This document shows positions 36,430 through 48,649 of a stretch of DNA of 64,000 bases, piece by piece. A program made the translations under genes and the position numbers. How positions within the stretch are numbered: position 1 is the stretch's first letter; every line of letters starts with the position of its first letter. The notes beneath the pieces were generated by a model. It was given only the letters and a program-made list of their open reading frames with translations, ran no database searches and had not been told where the DNA came from. This DNA comes from Monocercomonoides exilis PA203. Taxonomy: Eukaryota > Protista > Preaxostyla. Location: positions 186,001-250,000 of the forward strand of contig LSRY02000008.1 of assembly GCA_001643675.2 (NCBI GenBank), written 5' to 3'.

Positions 36430-37761
36430 CGAAGAAGATGAAGAGGAAGAGGAAGAGGAAGAAGAAAACAAAGGCGAAGAAGAAGAGGAAGAAGAAGATG
36501 CTGACAGCACATTCAGCTTCTCCTCTAAGCCTCGCCATCGTCGGCGCACCCGCCACACACAACCTCCTGTTGTGCTTCCAATCTATCAGACATCTTCTCC
36601 GCCTTCGAATTCTCCGACTCCTTCGCCTACAATTGCTGGAATTGGCTCTTCTCCTTCTTCTTCTCCTTCTTCTTCTTCTTCTGCTTCTGCTTCTTCTGTT
36701 TCGTTTCCACAAGTTCCTGATGCTTCTCTTATTCCTCATTCAAATGAAACAATTTCATTATCATCGTCGTCGTCGTCATCATCATCATCATCTTCTTCTT
36801 CTTCTTCCCCCTCTTCTTCTTCTTCTTCTTCTTCTTCTTCTGCCAAGTTTCCTATTGTCCCCAGACGCTCCTGCAAAAACAGTGGCCCTGTGCCAAACCC
36901 CAACTCCATTGACGAGTTAGACAGAAGTGAAATGAAATGGGTATCTTCTTCTGTTTCCTCCTCTTCTTCTTCTCTTTCTTCTTCTTCTTCCTCTTCTTCT
37001 TCTGTCAATCCCAATACTTCCTCCATCACCTCCTTCCCTCTCTCCTCTGCATCTGCTTCTCAATCACACTCTCTTCCTCTGTCTGCCTCTTCTCCTGCTG
37101 CTCTTCTTGCTCAGTCCATCTCTCACTCGCCTGCTCTGACTAAACAGAACAAAATCATTGCTCAATCTGTCGTTGGCTACCCCTTTCCTCTGTCATCTGT
37201 CAATCAAAAGGCTGTTTTTGCTTTTTCATGTGGCTTTTCTCCAGCTTTTGCTGCTTCTGCTGCTTCTGCTGCTTCTGCTGCTTCTGTTGCTTCTTCCTCT
37301 TCTTCCTCTTCCTCTTCTTCTTCCTCCTCCTCTGCCTTGCAGCCTCAGATGTCTGCTGTCCCTGTGAATGCTCCACTGTCTGTTCCTGTCACTTCAACTT
37401 CCTCTGCTGTTCCTTCTCCTTCCTCCTCCTCCTCCTCCTCTTCTTCTTCTTCATTCACCTTCATCACCCCACCCCTCTCCTCCACTCCTTACCCCCACCG
37501 CTACCAGAACTTCGATGCAGGCCCCTTCAACAACCCCAGCCCCACTGCCATGCTCCTCAATAAAAAGGCTCTTCAGCCTTCGATCGCTTCTTCTGGTGCA
37601 GTTTCTGTGAAAGCTGCTTCGGCTGCATCTGCAGCTTCAGCAGCGTCTGTTGCAACACATGCTAACTCAGTGGGTGGATTGGCTGTGATTTCTGGGTTGA
37701 GTTCACAGGTTGGTGGGGCTGTTGTTTCTGCTGCTCCTTCTTCTTCTGCAACTTCTTTGCC

Positions 37762-37797
<36 letters not shown>

Positions 37798-38380
37798 TTC
37801 TTCTTCTTCTTCTTCTTCTTCTTCAGTTCCTTCCTCCTCTTCTTCCTCTTCATCATCATCATCAACAACAACTTCTCAGTCTCCCATCGCATCCTTCTCT
37901 CCTTCTTCTGTTACTGTCTCTGCCTCTGCCTCTTCTTCCTCCAATGGCTCAATCGTCTTCTTTGCTCAGAAGGCGAACGGCGCACCCACATACTACCATT
38001 CATCGTCAAAGACAACTGCCCTTCAGTCTCATCCGTTCCCTTTCATAAACTCGGCTTCTCCTTCTTCTCCTTCTCCTCCTTCTTCTCCTTCTCCTTCTCC
38101 TTCTCCTGTTCCTGCTTCTGCTCCTGCTCCTGCTTCTCCTTCTCTTTCTTCACCTTCTGCTTCTCCTGCTACTCCTGCTTCTACAGCTCCTTCTTTTTCT
38201 CCTCCCCCTCCCCCTCCTGTTGTTGTTATAACAAATACATCATCTTCTTCCACTTCTGCTTCTTCTTTGCCTGCTCCTTCTGCAACTCCTTCTTTAGCAT
38301 CTGCTTCTCCTTCACAACAATCATCGTCATTTACTGCTCCTTCTTCAATATCAACTCCAACATCAACATCTTCTTCTTCT

Positions 38381-38426
<46 letters not shown>

Positions 38427-38548
38427 TTTCTTCTTCTTTTTCTTCTTCTTCTTTTTCCACTTCTATTACAACTCCTTCTTCAGTTCCTTCAACCCCTTCT
38501 TCTCTTTCTTCTTTATCTTCTCAGCTTCCTCCTATTTTAAGCTCCTAG
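36430..38548 (+). pseudogene. Ser/Ala/Pro-rich low-complexity coding region; 3' part of the gene split by the element
   Basis: Removing the element and one TSD joins ...EENEE to DEEEEE... in frame. The ORF-track ATG at 36425 lies within the TIR. Confidence 0.6.
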
Positions 38549-38878
38549 TCCCCCCAGATGCCTTTCTCTGCATTGGTCACTGTGAATGTCAATAACTTCA
38601 CTAAAACGCCCCATGCTTTTTTTTTCAATGTTCTGCAGTCACAAAATGCGGCTGCTCAGTTTCAAAACTAAAAAAATGAGTCTAATTTGATCGATAATGC
38701 AAAAAACTCGTCGTAAAAAAACGGTATTGATGCAAAGCAAATAGCTTTGGCGAATCAAAAAAAGAAAGCAGCTCGTAAAAGAAAAACGAAAAAAAATCGG
38801 GTAACTCCAAAAAAGCCTAGAAAGAAAAAACAAACAGATCCATTAGATTTTGAACGGATGACACCAGAGTAAGAAGCT

Positions 38879-39616
38879 ATGGTCAAATCGATGCATAATG
38901 TGGTGATAAAAAACAATTATCCAATGCAATTCTCAAAAGCAGATCAAGAAAAGTCCATCCAGCAAATGCTGTCAGCAACAAGCATGCAGAAGCTGGCAGA
39001 GCAGTTTGGATTGGCCCAACGGAAAGATGAATTTCTTGCTCAATTGCCAATGTCTCAAATGGCTTTTCAAGGCACTCCTGATGTTTCTTATGTTTCCTCT
39101 TCTTCTTCCTCTTATCCTCCATCATCTTCTATCATTTCAACGATTTCATCATCATCATCTTCTTCTTTGCACCCACCACTTCATCCATCAACATTCACTT
39201 CAATGCAAGAGCCCCATCCATCTGACCCTTCTGCTTATCCAATTCACACTTCAATCCAGCTACCTTCAAGTTTTACTCCTCTTCCTTCATCTTCTTCATC
39301 ACCATCATCTTCGATTTCATTGTCAATTGATGGCACTTCATCCGCTTCAGCTTCTTCTTCTGCATCTACAATGAATCAACAAGCTTCTTCACCTTCTTCT
39401 TTGTTTCTTGACCTCATTTCGAGTAGAAACAGAGCATCGACCTTCAAATGCCTTTATGTCATTCTTTTTGGCAGAGCCGCCATGTGGTCCAAAAATTATT
39501 ACATTCACATTTCTTCCTCTCAACGACCGTTCACCAAATGCGCCTTCATTTCATTTTTCATTCATTATTCTGATGAGAAAAAAAGCCATCTGGACGATTC
39601 ATTTCATTCATATTGA
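38879..39616 (+). CDS. Ser-rich hypothetical ORF or gene fragment
   Basis: 245-codon ORF with an ATG; no recognisable domain. Confidence 0.3.
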   Translation: MVKSMHNVVIKNNYPMQFSKADQEKSIQQMLSATSMQKLAEQFGLAQRKDEFLAQLPMSQMAFQGTPDVSYVSSSSSSYPPSSSIISTISSSSSSSLHPPLHPSTFTSMQEPHPSDPSAYPIHTSIQLPSSFTPLPSSSSSPSSSISLSIDGTSSASASSSASTMNQQASSPSSLFLDLISSRNRASTFKCLYVILFGRAAMWSKNYYIHISSSQRPFTKCAFISFFIHYSDEKKSHLDDSFHSY

Positions 39617-41578
39617 CTTCTTCTTCTTCTTCTTCTTCTTCTCCATTTTCTTCTTCTTCTCCCTTTTTCCCTTCCCCTTCTTCTTCTTTATCTCGAATTC
39701 CTTCTTCTTCTTATCCTCTTTCTTCAGAAAATCACTTCACAATTTAATCAACCTTACTATCTTCATATTCCTCCTTCTCCTCCTTCTCTTCTTCTTCTTC
39801 TTCTCTCCCTCTTCCTGATCCTTCCTCTATTATTCCTTCAATTGAGTCTTTACCCGATCGTTCTTCCATTCTTCTTCCGGATAATATATCAAATTCTCTT
39901 CCTCTATCTTCTCCTTCTCTTTCTCCTCACACTTTTTCCGAAACACCATCTTCCCCACTGCAAACAGCGCAAGGATGTTTCATTGTGTTGAATGGGCAAG
40001 TGTAATTAGCAGCTATATTATTTTGTCGTTCTTCTTATCTGTTTAATAGAGTGAGACATGCTCCACAAACACATCCAATGGTAGTGCTGAACTGGTATGT
40101 GAAGAACAAAAGCATTCTGTAAATGCAGATATCTCAGAGAAAGGGAAGACAGGGAGAAATAAGAGAAGTGACAGGGGAGCAGAAGTGTGCTTGAAGAGAA
40201 GAGACAAAAGCTAAGAAGCAGATGATGCTGCTTGATGAAGTGTTGCATTGGGAGAGTGTAGTTGATGGATTAGGTGTTGTGCTAACTTTGATGAAGAAAA
40301 TGCCAAAGATGACGAAGAGAAAGAAGTTAAAGAAGATGGCGATGACTACGCCAATGCATGAAAAATGGATGAGTATTGAATGAAGTCGAAAAGCTTTTTC
40401 TTTTTTAAAAATAATTGTTAAAAAAAACAAAATCAATCAAAAAATAACAAACCTTTTTGTTTAAACCTAAATTTCATTATTCTTCCACTCTTGATTTCTT
40501 TTATTTCATCCTTCAACAGCCCAATCTTCTTCCATGCTTTTGCGCACTTCATCTTTCCCTCAGCCAAAGAGTGCATCAGTAGCACTTTCCATTTTTCTGT
40601 TGAGCCAGTCGTTCTTCGCATCCACAACTGCACCCACTCCATGTAAGAGAACGCCAATGCCTTCAAATACAATCATCACAAAGTTGACTGATTTGGCAAA
40701 GAATCGTGTGGATAAAAAAGAGATGCCTGAAATTGAGACGAGGATGGAGAAGACGATAAAAAAGGCATACTCCTCGGTGATAATAAACAAAAGTGAACAA
40801 CAAACACATAAGATAGAGGAGAGAGACGGATATGTTTGAAAGGAGTGAAAAGAATTGGAGAAAGAGGAAGAGGAATATAAATAAGATAATGATAAAGGTG
40901 GAAATGAAGCTATTTCTATACAGACAGTGATTTTTCTTCTTCCTTTAATTTTAACTTGAAAATTTTGAGAATCCAACAAATCCTCATGTTATTGTATCTT
41001 CATCCACTTTTCAGTTCGAATGAACAAATTTTCCACATTCTATAACAATAATAAAACGCAAATAGTTCCTGTTAATATGAAATCAATAAAAGAAGCATTG
41101 ACAATTCAGTGAAACTTCTATACCTGTTCAAATAATATATTAATGCAAACAATTTTCTAATTATAGCCTTTCACTCATTTACTTTGGTTATTTCCTCAAA
41201 TATCGAGCTTGTATCCAAAAATAAAAATTAATAATAATTATGGATTTCGTTTCAAATATTTTTTTGCATAATAATGTTATGTGCATTGATATATGAATCT
41301 GGAATAAGTTTGGAACAAAACATGATTTTTTTCATAATTAAAAAAAATTTTCCCCATATGTGTGAAAAAATAAAATTGATTATTAAAAAAGGAAATCCTT
41401 TTGTGAAATAGGCCCCATTGTCGTTGTTGAAAACTCATTTATTGAAGTGTGAGAAATTCTCTTCAAACATATCTGAATGACAAAAATCAGAGTTCCGATT
41501 GAATACTGTCTCTTTCGAATTGTGGAAGAAGGCAAGCTGAAGAACAGATGAAAACCTCGAGGAGAGAGCGTGAATGAT

Positions 41579-43119
41579 TCAATGAAGAAGACTCATGAAC
41601 TGTTTGAGATGGAAACTATGGAAATTCCATTGAAGAAAGGAGAAAAATAAATGGATCGGACACAATCTTCTGAACATCTTTTCCGCTGAAGGAGGTTCAG
41701 TTGAATGCATCTTTAGCAAAATGTTCAGACATGATTCTTTTAATGAGAATTGGAAAAGATTTTCTTTTCCATTCACTTCAACAACAGAAACAGGTTCCAC
41801 ATTTGCCATGCAGGAGGATTAATATCCAACCACTTCATTCGTGTTGAATCTGATTAAACCAATCACTAGAATGTGGATTTGAGGGGTTCGCTGTTTTTGT
41901 TGTTGGGTGGAAGAAACGAGATGAATGAGACGAAAACAGCTGTTCAATTCCCACTTGTGGTGGGAAATAATATCTTCCATTCATTTCACGAAGACAAAGA
42001 ATAATCTTCAATGACTCATCAATATTCTCACACTTCATAATTCTCTGAGCATGCGATGTATTCATCCATCTCTTCATCAACAGCCATTCTGTCCATGAGT
42101 GATCGTGAGGAGGAGGAGGACGAAATCCTTCTGCCCTCATCAGTCTTTGAGGTGGAAGGTTTTAGAGCTGGTGATGGGGATGAAGATGTGAATAACAAAG
42201 GAGGGTGTGATATGCTCAATCTGGACAATCCTTTCAGAGCATTTGATGCTGTTTGTTCACTTTTGTGGGAGAAATGTTGGCAGATACGCTCCATCTTTTA
42301 TTTGTGTCTGTTCTGTTGTTGACTTTGATGTTCAATCTGGCCAACGAATTAATAAACATGAAAGATGGCCAATTATCGTCTGCACAACTGATCCAACCAT
42401 TTCCTTCTTTTCTCCTTCAAATACCTCTTTCTCTTCGCCATGTTTTTTCTTTTTTCTTCTTTTGTCTTCTATTATTTCATCTTTCCCTCCTTCCCTTTTT
42501 CGGTTCTTCCACATATTCGTTAATGGGTGCATGAATTTCTGTGGTTGCATCTCTGCTGCAATCAACATCTCTCACAGTCCTGACTCCAATTTCTGCTTCT
42601 CTTCATTCCTCTGAGCAGGCTTCTCTTTCACTTTCATTTTCTTCAGCTCATCACTCCTCATCGTAGATGCTATCCTTCTTTCCCTTCTTCTTCTTCATCT
42701 TCTTTCCCCTCTTCTTCTTCATATCCTTCCTCTGTTTCCAACTTTAATCTCTTCAACTCTCTCTTCTTCGTGCTCAATACCATAATTTGCGCTTCTTCTG
42801 TCAATTCTGCATGCCTCATCCCACTTCCATTGTGTGTGTCTGTCTTCAAATGAGTTGCAGAATTATTGAGAGAAAATAACTGAATAGAAAAAGGGAATGT
42901 ATTTCTTGATTTGATTATTTTTTTTTGAGTCAATTGGAGAAAAAGAGGATATTGAAATATCATTCGGGGAATCCGCTTCGGAGAAGAGAGAAAGATGGGT
43001 TTATTGATAATCTTGTTTGAAAGGAAAAGGAAATGATTCAACAATGGAAAAAAAGAAGCAAAAGAGAAAGCAACGAATGGAGAAGGTGTGGGAGTACACA
43101 TGAAGCTGAAAAATATCAA
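41579..43119 (-). pseudogene. Decayed coding sequence (several frameshifted fragments)
   Basis: Chain of short coding-like ORFs in shifting frames with internal stops. Confidence 0.35.
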
Positions 43120-43962
43120 ACAATAAATCCTCTTCTTTTCTTTCAGAGAGAATCTTTATTTCCTGTTCCACTCCTCCTCACTTATCAATATTTCTATATT
43201 TGCAATTGTTTTTTCACACAAAAAAGTGCTATCAGTCACAAAACATTCATCTCTCCTCTTCTTCTCTTTCGCTTTCTCACTGACTTCTCCAACGCTTTCC
43301 CCAAATGATTTGTCTTTGTCCAATCTCATGTTGCACAAACTTCCAATCAAAACTTCTTCCTCCTTTTCCTTTTCTTCCTCATCATCATCGTCTTTTTTAT
43401 TTCTTCCTCTTCTTTTTCTTCTTCTTCTCCATTTTTTCTTCTTCTTCCTCCTCCTCTTCATTTTCTTATCACTTTTCTTTTCCTTCATCTCTTCTTCTGT
43501 GAAGTGATGATCTTCTTTAAGGGCGAGCTGTGTGTAACAAGCATTCTCTCTTCCCTTTTCAGTTTTCTTCAGCATTTACAGTGTAAAAGTTCTCAAGATC
43601 AAACAAGGCACACATGATCGAAGAAAACATCGACGTTTTCTGTTTCTTCTTCACAAAACAAAAAAGCATTTGAAAAAAATTAACATATTTTGTAAAATAA
43701 AAAAAATAATTGTATGAAACAAAATCTTGAAAGCAAATAATATCATCCGTTGCATCTCCGCATATCTGTGAAGAAATACACTTATAATATAAATTATATG
43801 ATAATATGTCATCATATAAAAACGTGAACAAATATGCCAAGTGCAAAGAAGAGGAGGAGGAGGATAGTGGGCTTATTCACAGAGAACGGGGCAGCTTTGA
43901 TCTGACTCAGTATTTTTTTATTTTTTGGGTTAAAATTCCATAATAATCACTGTATTAATAAA

Positions 43963-44096
43963 TAGGTTTAGGTTTTAGTGTAAGTTTAACAGATCTTGGG
44001 TTTGGGGTTATGTTCCCGTTCTTTTTTTTAGGGTTAGCACTCAAAAATACTTGATCTTTTTTGGATTTTTTAGGGTTAGGGTTTAGCCAGGTTTAA
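43963..44096 (+). repeat. Degenerate TTAGGG-like repeat cluster
   Basis: TTAGGG at 44028, TTAGGGTTAGGG at 44070-44081, plus TAGGTTTAGG and TTGGGTTTGGGGTTA variants on the same strand. Confidence 0.5.
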
Positions 44097-45547
44097 GTTG
44101 AGTCATAAGAAAGAAAAGCTGGGCTTTGGCTCGAGTATAGTGTGTAAAAAATCCAAGACATGTCATGAACCCGGAACTCGACTATTTTTTATTTTCTTTT
44201 TTTTTCTGTGGAGTATTTTTTCATGTCTTAACAACAAATTGACACGGAAATGCTTTTATTATTAATAAAAAATTTTCAAACATCGCATTGTTTCAAAAAA
44301 AAAAAAAAGAAAAATTTTGGAAAATTTTTAAAAAAAACTTATATCACACTTATTAATTCAAAAAATACAAAACAAAACAAATGATTAATTTTCTTCCAAC
44401 TTAATTGAAAATGATACTTGAAAAATAACATGTTTCAAAACAGATAGAAAAAAAACAATGATTTAAAACCAAAAGCGTTTAATTTTTGAAACAATAAACA
44501 ATTCCTCACCAATGGTTTATAAAAAAAAATGTAAAAAACATTCAAACAACATGAATAGAGAACAAAATTTACACCAAAGGACAAAGAAAAGACTCAGGCT
44601 TTTCTTTAACTTTTGATCATTTTATTCTGCACACTTAATATGGCTTGAAGTCAGGAGTTGAAATTTACACTTCACCAGATTAAAAATTAATTCCGATTTG
44701 TACTGATGCACATTAAATAAATGTCTAACTTTTTCAAACCAAGGAAAATGGCATTCCTTAGTTGAATGAGCAGCTCCCGCTGCTGGCAAATGGATGGGAT
44801 GGACAAAGAAAATATCCTCGTTCGAGTTTCTAATGGAATATGTCCAAATGAAGTTCATCTGAATACTTTGAGTTTTTTTGTGTTGATCTTCAGCTATTAC
44901 GTCTATTGCCTAAAAAATACAAGCAAGAAGATATTAACACAAAAATTTTAAAAAAAAAAGAAAGAAAAATCCAATTATATCTCACTTGTTTTGCACACGG
45001 AAAGGCACCATGTTGAATTATTTTCTTCAATTTTTGAGAAGAATGTAGTTTTGTTTCGCTTGTTCAGAATTGGGCGTTGTCCTATTCTGCAGATGTACGT
45101 TCCTTCCTTGCCTTTGCAGAACAATAGAAGCTGCTTTTCGTAACTAATCCGTTCTTAAATATATCTGCAGGCCTTTGTTTCTTCGATTCTATTGCACCCA
45201 ACAATTCAAACAACATCTCTTCCCTGTCGACTTCATTGATTCCAACAGCATTGTTATCAAGCGTCATTGAATCATTCTCTCCTTCGACAGCCTTCTATAT
45301 AGTATCTTCTTGATGATTTTCATTTTCTAAATATATCCATTTTTTCATCATCACAAAAATAAAGCAAAGGGGGAATATCAACAATGATTCGTTTAAGGTT
45401 CTTTTATTCATTTCCATAATAATTATAAAAAAATTCTTTTTGAAAGAATATTCCATCGATTATTTTTATTTTTCAACTTGGAGAAGAGTTCAGGTTTTCT
45501 GCAAATTTCTTTGGAAAACTTAGACAGATAAATTTTATAAACATATT

Positions 45548-47897
45548 TCATAAAAACAACTTTTCGTTGGTGCATGAAACGAGGTTTGTGACTGAAAAAT
45601 TTGAGGGGTTCGAAAGCTGCAAAGCCAGCTGGTTGACGGAAGAGCTGAGGGAATGTTGCTGAGGAGGTGGAGGAGAAGGAGATAAAGATGAGTGTGATCT
45701 TTCAGGAACGGACAATCTCCCATCATTTGAAAACACTTTGTCTTCCAACAATGTATCTATATCCTCATCTTCATCACTGTTGAAAGCGGCCTTTGAGATT
45801 TGTGGAGAAGCAGAAGAACACGCCTTCAGTGCAGATCCATTTGCCACATTCATTCCATCCACAGGAACACCTTCCAAAATCTCAATCAGCACCGACACTA
45901 AGCTCACCACAGCTGCTGCTGAAATCCCCACCGATGCGACTCTTCCGTCTGATGAAGCAGCACTTGCCATTCTGAACACACATCTCCTTGCCATGCTGAA
46001 CACGTGGCTCTGTTGGTGCATGGCTGTGATGCGCGTTTCCATCGACTGCTCACATCGCTCCAAAGACTCCTTCACTGTCACCTGCTGCCTGGGCGTGGCA
46101 AAGGAGGTGAACTGCTCAATAACAAAAGGGCGACCGAAGTCAACAAGAGGAGGATGAAGAGGGAGGAGATAAGTGTGATGATATGTGTTGACTGCATAAT
46201 GATTAGCAAATGAGGAAGAGGAATAGGGTGAAAGCTGTGTGGTTGTTGGAATTGGGCGGAGGGAGATACCAGAAGTGTTGTTTTCTTCACTCGAAGAAGA
46301 GGGAGGCTTTGTGGATGTGCTTGGATGCATCACAAAAGTTGCCACTCGTACGTAGTGAACAGATAAAGTGGAAAAAGAGTTTAGAAGAGAGGATGTATTG
46401 TCAGATAAAGTGTTGGTTAATTTGGCCATTGAAGTTGAACGAGAAGAAGCCGCGCCTGTCGAAGAAGAGGAGGATGACGTGGTGGAGGAAGATGATGAAG
46501 GAGAAGTTGGCATTATAGGAGCCAGTAATACAGAAGACGATGAAGCAGAATGTGAATAATCCAAAGCACTGCTTTCACACCCAGCCTCTTCTGCGCCAAA
46601 GAAGTCATCTCCTTGAAGAATGCCAGTGGAGACAAGATCGGGTTGACTGCATCAACCAGCAGATTGAACACCTTCTGTGGTCCACTGTTGATGATGCTTT
46701 CGTCCATCATCGTCCGCATCAGAGACGATGGGGCTGCGCTGTATGCCTCGCTGATCTTTCGAATGCAGTGCCCGCTGAGCATCCAGCCAGCACTGCTGAA
46801 CAGCTAAGATTGCAGCTGGCTGCTGTTTGTGGTGAACATATCGTGCTGCTTGGCTGTCTTGCCTGCTCTGCTCTCCATCTGCTGTGATGCACAGGAGAGG
46901 ATTGGATTGACCAGTAGCTTGATGTCTTTGGTGAGTGGTGAGAGGAGAAGAGGTTGTTTGAGGTGGAGAAGAGGGGGACAGACAGATGCAGGGCAGTTGT
47001 GGCAGAGACAACTGCATATGAACCTGTGTTTCAGAACTTGTGTGGTATCTCTAAAAGCTCTCAAATCTGAAGTGAAGAAAAGGATGGAGCACGAATTGGT
47101 TTATAAGCATGTGATGGTGATGTCTTGAATGATGATGAAGAAGAATCACTCTTTCTATCTGCACTGCAATGCCCATCTTCTACCGAAAGAGTGGCAAGTG
47201 TTGTGACATTTTCAGATTGATAATCGAACTGTTTTGTGCTTGCCTTGAACCCTGACTTCGTGCATCGTCGACCTCGCTAAGTGTCCCCAGCACTGCAACT
47301 GTGACGTCAATTACTTCAATTCTGTCCAAAAGTGTTTACGGTTCAAGCTGCAGTCCACTTTCTGAATAAGAATCAGCTGATCTTCTGAGTGGAAGGGAAG
47401 CAGCACGGACAGAGAGAGACTTATGCACAGAGAGGGAGCTGAGGAAGGCAGAGGGAGAGTTGGGTGAGTTTGACTGTTCAGAGGAAGTGATGGAAGATGG
47501 GCTGTCAGCGTAGCCGGGAGATGGGGTGAGTGAAGAAGAGGGACAGATGGCAGAAGAAGAGGAAGATGTGGAAGAAGAGAATGAAGAAGGAGAAAGAGGA
47601 ATGGGAAATGGAGAAGGAGGCAGGGATTGGGGAGTGGACATCTGGGAGGAGATTGTTTGGGGTGGAGAAGAGGGGGAAGGAGAAGATGGCAGATTGGTGG
47701 GTTGTGAGGGAGAAGTTTGTGAGGGTGATGGAGGCATGGGCAGAGAGGAAGAGGGGGCAGTGGCGGTGGTGGTGGTGGTTGGGGAATGGTGGGTGGATGG
47801 TGCAAGTGGAGGAATAGATGGAGGCAGCAGAGTTGCGTTTGGCAGTGAGGAGTGGACAGCCGCTGAAGGGGATGATATTAAGTCAGCATATTCATAA
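45548..47897 (-). pseudogene. Fragmented Ser-rich hypothetical gene abutting the fold-back element
   Basis: Consecutive minus-strand ORFs (47737-47336, 47064-46804, 46782-46513, 46564-45548) linked by frameshifts. Confidence 0.4.
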
Positions 47898-48649
47898 TGA
47901 GGTGTTGATGATATTGAGACTTGTTATTTCACAGGCGAAATAATTGCATATTGAATTTTCGGCATATGTGTAACTGCGTCCCTTTTGTAATTCTTGTTTT
48001 TAGACATTAATTTTGTGATATTTGAAATGCAAAAATTATTTAAAAACTTTTGTATGGACTGGTTTTTCGAAAAATTTTTTGTTTCTCATGAAAAAACCAT
48101 TTTTAAAAATGACCCATAAATATGAGTATTTTTACAAATTTTCAATAAAATAAGATAATTATGAAACAAAAAGTAGATGAAACGTTATTAATTATTATAT
48201 ACTCTTATTTTATTGATAATTTTTCAAAAAATAAAACATTAAAAAAAATAAATTATAAAATTAAAATATTTTGATCAATCCCACAATTAAATTTTTAATA
48301 TCAAAAAAATAAAAAATTAGTTTCTTTCATCGTGAATTGAACCCTCGTTTGCGAACATATAACGAATCATATATATAAATATAGTTTTAAAGTGTGTGAT
48401 AAATAATTATCAATATATCATTCAAATCTTTATGAATTTTGTTTATGATTTTTAATATGAAAATTTTAGTGCAGTTTGAGGATGTTTATGTTACACAATT
48501 ATGATCATGAATAAAGAAGAACGAACAAATCGTGTGAAACATTCTTTTTAATTATTAACATTGTTTTATTAAAATTTTTCGCAAAACACATTAAATATCA
48601 TTTATTTTCTTATGAAATTAAATAGATGCTAAATGATAAGCATTAATCA

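Noticed and set aside
36253-36441. MEKYSD... ORFs present twice (also 31314-31709)
   Set aside because: They are incidental translations of the two TIRs from non-ATG starts.
23637-41359. ATAT-GGGGAAAA(A)TTTTTT inverted pair at 23637 and 41341-41359 as ends of one large element
   Set aside because: Only about 15 low-complexity bases match, and ATAT is palindromic. This is insufficient without other copies.
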